Shown in pieces: positions 57,102 through 64,000 of a DNA stretch of 64,000 bases (its first letter is position 1; each line of letters begins with the position of its first letter). Made by a program: the position numbers and the translations under genes. Location: NCBI RefSeq assembly GCF_964355755.1, contig NC_092677.1:21439175-21503174 (forward strand), read 5' to 3'. The notes below the pieces were generated by a model. It did no database searches. It was not told the origin of the DNA and worked only from the letters and a program-made list of their open reading frames with translations. This DNA is from Antedon mediterranea (taxonomy: Eukaryota; Animalia; Echinodermata).

Positions 57102-60100
57102 TTTTGTGCATTTCGATGAAACTTGGTTACACAAAAACATCAAACTGCTTAAAATCACATTAGAAACCGTTTTAGACCATTTTGAGCATTTCGTTAAAAC
57201 TTTTCACACAAAAACATCAAAGTCCACAAAATAGCTTCATATCGTATTTAAAAACGTTTTAGACCATTTTGAGCATTTCGAAAAAACTTTTTCACACAAA
57301 ACATCAAAGTTTACAAAATAGCTTCAAATCGCATTTGGAGACGTTTTAGACCATTTTGTGATTTTCGAAAAAAATTGTTGACATAAAAACACCAAAGTGC
57401 TCAGAATACCTTCAAATCGCATTTTGAGAAGTTTTAGACCATTTTGTGATTTTCGAAAAAACTTGTTAACATAAAAACACCAAAGTGCTCAGAATACCTT
57501 CAAATCGTATTTTGAGACGTTTTAGACCATTTTGTGATTTTCGAAAAAACTTGTTAACATAAAAACACCAAAGTGCTTAGAAAAGCTTCAAATCGCATTT
57601 GGAGACGTTTTAGACCATTTTGTTCATTTCGATTAAACTTGGTTACACAAAAACATCAAAGAGCACAAAAGAGCTTAATATCGTATTTAAAAACGTTTTA
57701 GACCATTTTGAGCATTTCGACAAAACTTTTTCAAACAAAACATCAAAGTGTACAGAATAGCTTTAAATCGCATTTGGAGACGTTTTAGACCATTTTGTAG
57801 TTTTCGAAAAAACTTCTTAACATAAAAACACAAAAGAGCTTCAAATCGCATTTGGAGACGTTTTAGACCCTTTTGTGCATTTCGATGAAACTTGGTTACA
57901 CAAAAACATCAAAGTGCTTAAAATCACATTAGAAACCGTTTTAGACCATTTTGAGCATTTCGTTAAAACTTTTCAGAAAAAAACATCAAAGTCCACAAAA
58001 TAGCTTAATATCGTATTTAAAAACGTTTTAGACCATTTTGAGCATTTCGAAAAAACTTTTTCACACAAAACATCAAAGTTTACAAAATAGCTTCAAATCG
58101 CATTTGGAGACGTTTTAGACCATTTTGTGATTTTCGAAAAAACTTGTTAACATAAAAACACCAAAGTGCTCAGAATACCTTCAAATCGCATTTGGAGACG
58201 TTTTAGACCATTTTGTGATTTTCGAAAAAACTTGTTAACATAAAAACACCAAAGTGCTTAGAAAAGTTTCAAATCGCATTTGGAGACGTTTTAGACCATT
58301 TTGTTCATTTCGATGAAACTTGGTTACACAAAAACATCAAATTGCACAAAATGGCTTAATATGGTATGGGAAAACGTTTTAGACCATTTTGAACGTTTCG
58401 AGAAAACTTTTTCACACAAAACTTCAAAGTGTACAGAATAGCTTCAAATCGCATTAGAAACCGTTTTAGACCATTTTGAGCATTTCGAAAAAACTTTTTC
58501 ACACAAAACATCAAAGTTTACAAAATAGCTTCAAATCACATTTGGAGACGTTCTAGACCATTTTGTGATTTTCAAAAAAACTTGTTAACATAAAAACACC
58601 AAAGTGCTCAGAATACCTTCAAATCGCATTTTGAGACGTTTTAGACCATTTTGTGATTTTCGAAAAAACTTGTTAACATAAAAACACCAAAGTGCTTAGA
58701 AAATCTTCAAATCGCATTTGGAGACGTTTAAGACCATTTTGTTCATTTCGATGAAACTTGGTTACACAAAAACATCAAAGAGCACAAAAGAGCTTAATAT
58801 CGTATTTAAAAACGTTTTAGACCATTTTGAGCATTTCAACAAAACTTTTTCACACAAAACATCAAAGTGTACAGAATAGCTTTAAATCGCATTTGGAGAC
58901 GTTTTAGACCATTTTGTGGTTTTCGAAAAAACTTGTTAACATAAAAACACAAAAGAGCTAAGAATAGCTTCAAATCGAATTTGGAGACGTTTTAGATCCT
59001 TTTGTGCATTTCGATGAAACTTGGTTACACAAAAACATCAAAGTGCTTAAAATCACATTAGAAACCGTTTTAGACCATTTTGAGCATTTCGTTAAAACTT
59101 TTCACACAAAAACATCAAAGTCCACAAAATAGCTTAATATCGTATTTAAAAACGTTTTAGACCATTTTGAGCATTTCGAAAAAACTTTTTCACACAAAAC
59201 ATCAAAGTTTACAAAATAGCTTCAAATCGCATTTGGAGACGTTTTAGACCATTTTGTGATTTTCGAAAAAACTTGTTAACATAAAAACACCAAAGTGCTT
59301 AGAAAATCTTCAAATCGCATTTGGAGACGTTTAAGACCATTTTGTGCATTTCGATGAAACTTGGTTACACAAAAACATCAAACTGCTTAAAATCACATTA
59401 GAAACCGTTTTAGACCATTTTGAGCATTTCGTTAAAACTTTTCACACAAAAACATCAAAGTCCACAAAATAGCTTCATATCGTATTTAAAAACGTTTTAG
59501 ACCATTTTGAGCATTTCGAAAAAACTTTTTCACACAAAACATCAAAGTTTACAAAATAGCTTCAAATCGCATTTGGAGACGTTTTAGACCATTTTGTGAT
59601 TTTCGAAAAAAATTGTTAACATAAAAACACCAAAGTGCTCAGAATACCTTCAAATCGCATTTTGAGAAGTTTTAGACCATTTTGTGATTTTCGAAAAAAC
59701 TTGTTAACATAAAAACACCAAAGTGCTCAGAATACCTTCAAATCGTATTTTGAGACGTTTTAGACCATTTTGTGATTTTCGAAAAAACTTGTTAACATAA
59801 AAACACCAAAGTGCTTAGAAAAGCTTCAAATCGCATTTGGAGACGTTTTAGACCATTTTGTTCATTTCGATTAAACTTGGTTACACAAAAACATCAAAGA
59901 GCACAAAAGAGCTTAATATCGTATTTAAAAACGTTTTAGACCATTTTGAGCATTTCGACAAAACTTTTTCAAACAAAACATCAAAGTGTACAGAATAGCT
60001 TTAAATCGCATTTGGAGACGTTTTAGACCATTTTGTAGTTTTCGAAAAAACTTCTTAACATAAAAACACAAAAGAGCTTCAAATCGCATTTGGAGACGTT

Positions 60101-61583
60101 TTAGACCCTTTTGTGCATTTCGATGAAACTTGGTTACACAAAAACATCAAAGTGCTTAAAATCACATTAGAAACCGTTTTAGACCATTTTGAGCATTTCG
60201 TTAAAACTTTTCAGAAAAAAACATCAAAGTCCACAAAATAGCTTAATATCGTATTTAAAAACGTTTTAGACCATTTTGAGCATTTCGAAAAAACTTTTTC
60301 ACACAAAACATCAAAGTTTACAAAATAGCTTCAAATCGCATTTGGAGACGTTTTAGACCATTTTGTGATTTTCGAAAAAACTTGTTAACATAAAAACACC
60401 AAAGTGCTCAGAATACCTTCAAATCGCATTTGGAGACGTTTTAGACCATTTTGTGATTTTCGAAAAAACTTGTTAACATAAAAACACCAAAGTGCTTAGA
60501 AAAGTTTCAAATCGCATTTGGAGACGTTTTAGACCATTTTGTTCATTTCGATGAAACTTGGTTACACAAAAACATCAAATTGCACAAAATGGCTTAATAT
60601 GGTATGGGAAAACGTTTTAGACCATTTTGAACGTTTCGAGAAAACTTTTTCACACAAAACTTCAAAGTGTACAGAATAGCTTCAAATCGCATTAGAAACC
60701 GTTTTAGACCATTTTGAGCATTTCGAAAAAACTTTTTCACACAAAACATCAAAGTTTACAAAATAGCTTCAAATCACATTTGGAGACGTTCTAGACCATT
60801 TTGTGATTTTCAAAAAAACTTGTTAACATAAAAACACCAAAGTGCTCAGAATACCTTCAAATCGCATTTTGAGACGTTTTAGACCATTTTGTGATTTTCG
60901 AAAAAACTTGTTAACATAAAAACACCAAAGTGCTTAGAAAATCTTCAAATCGCATTTGGAGACGTTTAAGACCATTTTGTTCATTTCGATGAAACTTGGT
61001 TACACAAAAACATCAAAGAGCACAAAAGAGCTTAATATCGTATTTAAAAACGTTTTAGACCATTTTGAGCATTTCAACAAAACTTTTTCACACAAAACAT
61101 CAAAGTGTACAGAATAGCTTTAAATCGCATTTGGAGACGTTTTAGACCATTTTGTGGTTTTCGAAAAAACTTGTTAACATAAAAACACAAAAGAGCTAAG
61201 AATAGCTTCAAATCGCATTTGGAGACGTTTTAGATCCTTTTGTGCATTTCGATGAAACTTGGTTACACAAAAACATCAAAGTGCTTAAAATCACATTAGA
61301 AACCGTTTTAGACCATTTTGAGCATTTCGTTAAAACTTTTCACACAAAAACATCAAAGTCCACAAAATAGCTTAATATCGTATTTAAAAACGTTTTAGAC
61401 CATTTTGAGCATTTCGAAAAAACTTTTTCACACAAAACATCAAAGTTTACAAAATAACTTCAAATCGCATTTGGAGACGTTTTAGACCATTTTGTGATTT
61501 TCGAAAAAACTTGTTAACATAAAAACACCAAAGTGCTTAGAAAATCTTCAAATCGCATTTGGAGACGTTTAAGACCATTTTGT
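57102..61583. repeat. 2238-bp tandem duplication, 2 copies
   Basis: Shared variants: ctgctt (57145/59383), cttctt (57813/60051), gagaagtttt, ttcagaaaaa and gcttcatatcgta. I noticed only about 3 point differences. Confidence 0.88.
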
Positions 61584-63180
61584 TCATTTCGATTAAACTT
61601 GGTTACACAAAAACATCAAAGAGCACAAAAGAGCTTAATATCGTATTTAAAAACGTTTTAGACCATTTTGAGCATTTCGACAAAACTTTTTCAAACAAAA
61701 CATCAAAGTGTACAGAATAGCTTTAAATCGCATTTGGAGACGTTTTAGACCATTTTGTAGTTTTCGAAAAAACTTGTTAACATAAAAACACAAAAGAGCT
61801 AAGAATAGCTTCAAATCGCATTTGGAGACGTTTTAGACCCTTTTGTGCATTTCGATGAAACTTGGTTACACAAAAACATCAAAGTGCTTAAAATCACATT
61901 AGAAACCGTTTTAGACCATTTTGAGCATTTCGTTAAAACTTTTCAGACAAAAACATCAAAGTCCACAAAATAGCTTAATATCGTATTTAAAAACGTTTTA
62001 GACCATTTTGAGCATTTCGAAAAAACTTTTTCACACAAAACATCAAAGTTTACAAAATAGCTTCAAATCGCATTTGGAGACGTTTTAGACCATTTTGTGA
62101 TTTTCGAAAAAACTTGTTAACATAAAAACACCAAAGTGCTCAGAATACCTTCAAATCGCATTTTGAGACGTTTTAGACCATTTTGTGATTTTCGAAAAAA
62201 CTTGTTAACTTAAAAACACCAAAGTGCTTAGAAAATCTTCAAATCGCATTTGGTGACGTTTTAGACCATTTTGAGCATTTCGATAAAATTTTACACACAA
62301 AAACATCAAAGTGCACAAAATAGCTTAATATGGTATTTAAAAACGTTTTAGACCATTTTGAGCATTTCGACAAAGCTTTTTCTCACAAAACATCAAAGTG
62401 TACAGAATAGCTTCAAATCGCATTTGGAGACGTTTTAGACCATTTTGTGCATTTCGATGAAACTTGGTTACACAAAAACATCAAAGTGCTTAAAATCACA
62501 TTTTGAGCATTTCGTTAAAACTGTTCACACAAAAACATCAAAGAGCAAAAAATAGCTTTATATCGTATTTAAAAACGTTTTAGACAATTTTGAGCATTTC
62601 GACAAAACTTTTTCACACAAAACATCAAAGTGTACAGAATAGCTTTAAATCGCATTTGGAGACTTTTTAGACCATTTTGTTCATTTCGATGAAACTTGGT
62701 TACATAAAAACATCAAATTGCACAAAATGGCTTAATATGGTATGGGAAAACGTTTTAGACCATTTTGAACATTTCGAGAAAACTTTTTCACACAAAACTT
62801 CAAAGTGTACAGAATAGCTTCAAATCGCATTTGAAACCGTTTTAGACCATTTTGAGCATTTCGAAAAAACTTTTTAACACAAAACATCAAAGTTTACAAA
62901 ATAGCTTCAAATCGCATTTGGAGACGTTTTAGACCATTTTGTGATTTTCGAAAAAACTTGTTAACATAAAAACACCAAAGTGCTTAGAAAAGTTTCAAAT
63001 CGCATTTGGAGACGTTTTAGACCATTTTGTTCATTTCGATGAAACTTGGTTACACAAAAACATCAAATTGCACAAAATGGCTTAATATGGTATGGGAAAA
63101 CGTTTTAGACCATTTTGAACGTTTCGAGAAAACTTTTTCACACAAAACTTCAAAGTGTACAGAATAGCTTCAAATCGCAT

Positions 63181-64000
63181 TTGGAGACGTTTTAACCCAT
63201 TTTGAGCATTTCGATAAAATTTTACACACAAAAACATCAAAGTGCACAAAATAGCTTAATATGGTATTTAAAAACGTTTTAGACCATTTTGAGCATTTCA
63301 ACAAAACTTTTTCTCACAAAACATCAAAGTGTACAGAATAGCTTCAAATCGCATTTGGAGACATTTTAGACCATTTTGTGCATTTCGATGAAACTTGGTT
63401 ACACAAAAACATCAAAGTGCTTAAAATCACATTTTGAGCATTTCGTTAAAACTTTTCACACAAAAACATCAAAGTCCACAAAATAGCTTAATATCGTATT
63501 TAAAAACGTTTTAGACCATTTTGAGCATTTCGAAAAAACTTTTCCACACAAAACATCAAAGTTTACAAAATAGCTTCAAATCGCATTTGGAGACGTTTTA
63601 GACCATTTTGTGATTTTCGAAAAAAACTTGTTAACAAAAAAACACCAAAGTGCTCAGAATACCTTCAAATCGTGTTTTGAGACGTTTTAGACCATTTTGT
63701 AATTTTCGAAAAAACTTGTTAACATAAAAACACCAAAGTGCTCAGAATACCTTCACATCGCATTTTGAGACGTTTTAGACCATTTTGTGATTTTCGAAAA
63801 AACTTGTTAACATAAAAACACCAAAGTGCTTAGAAAAGCTTGAAATCGCATTTGGAGACGTTTTAGACCATTTTGTGAATTTCGATGAAACTTGGTTAAA
63901 GTGCTTAAAATCACATTTTGAGCATTTCGTTAAAACTTTTCACACAAAAACATCAAAGAGTAAAAAATAGCTTAATATCGTATTTAAAAACGTTTTAGAC
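63181..64000. repeat. Return to domain A sequence (copy of about 44460-45280)
   Basis: Carries ttttaaccc, gagacatttt, ttaacaaaaaaacacc (63634 vs 44916) and the ggttaaagtg deletion (63895 vs 45177), at a constant offset of 18718. Confidence 0.85.

Larger units (their letters stand above)
51161..63180. repeat. Satellite sub-family domain B
   Basis: Variants seen only here include cttagaaaatcttc, gacgtttaagacc, agatcctttt, tttggtgacg, caaagcttttt, aaaactgttcac, catttgaaaccg, gaacgtttcg, gttctagacc, aaactgctt and undeleted gagcacaaaagagcttaatatcg. Confidence 0.85.
1..64000. repeat. Tandem satellite DNA array, 87-88 bp monomer (with deletion variants of about 57, 75-78 and 85 bp), head-to-tail, runs off both window ends
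   Basis: Representative monomer: aaagtgctcagaataccttcaaatcgcatttggagacgttttagaccattttgtgattttcgaaaaaacttgttaacataaaaacacc (88 bp). Consecutive monomer starts at 3973 and 4061 confirm the period. The core cgttttagaccattttg recurs throughout on the + strand. The minus-strand ORFs repeat every 29 aa (87 bp). I saw no unique sequence anywhere. Confidence 0.99.

Noticed and set aside
1-64000. CRISPR array (conserved gttttagacc core resembles the GTTTTAGAGC start of type II-A repeats; gttttagagc occurs once near 14120)
   Set aside because: The intervening sequences are homologous and repeated hundreds of times rather than unique spacers. No cas genes or leader are present, and the resemblance is under 10 bp.
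1-64000. Assignment to a named satellite family or species
   Set aside because: I do not recognise the monomer. It does not look like primate alpha satellite, mouse major/minor satellite or Arabidopsis CEN178. A BLAST, Dfam or Repbase search is required.
1-64000. Tandem tRNA, 5S or other small-RNA gene array (unit length is tRNA-like and contains ttcga/ttcaaatc)
   Set aside because: I could not build a cloverleaf or find properly spaced A/B boxes. Internal T4 runs would terminate Pol III, and large deletions are tolerated and amplified.
1-64000. Telomeric repeat, G-quadruplex array, or a diversity-generating cassette system encoding information in monomer order
   Set aside because: There are no G-rich short repeats and no recombinase, reverse transcriptase or expression locus. 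The order variation is adequately explained by in-register duplication and deletion.

Overview
The whole 64 kb window is one uninterrupted, head-to-tail, single-orientation AT-rich tandem satellite array (a representative monomer is about 33% GC). The monomer is 87-88 bp and there are roughly 750 copies. It is most likely eukaryotic (peri)centromeric or heterochromatic satellite DNA; I cannot identify the organism or satellite family. I see no credible genes, RNA genes, transposons or CRISPR array, and the ORF track only shows translated satellite. The interest lies in the internal structure. (1) The monomer is a degenerate inverted repeat with arms of about 25-30 bp and 10-bp phased motifs. 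(2) Several monomer classes follow a constrained order with a variable number of one class, rather than a fixed higher-order repeat. (3) Nested tandem duplications have periods of about 691, 746, 929, 1512, 1582, 2238, 6385 and 11,550 bp. (4) A distinct sub-family block occupies about 51.2-63.2 kb. (5) Mutational scars include deletions biased to 10/20 bp, templated insertions and a short conversion-like tract. All offsets were derived by hand from private variants, so the boundaries are approximate.
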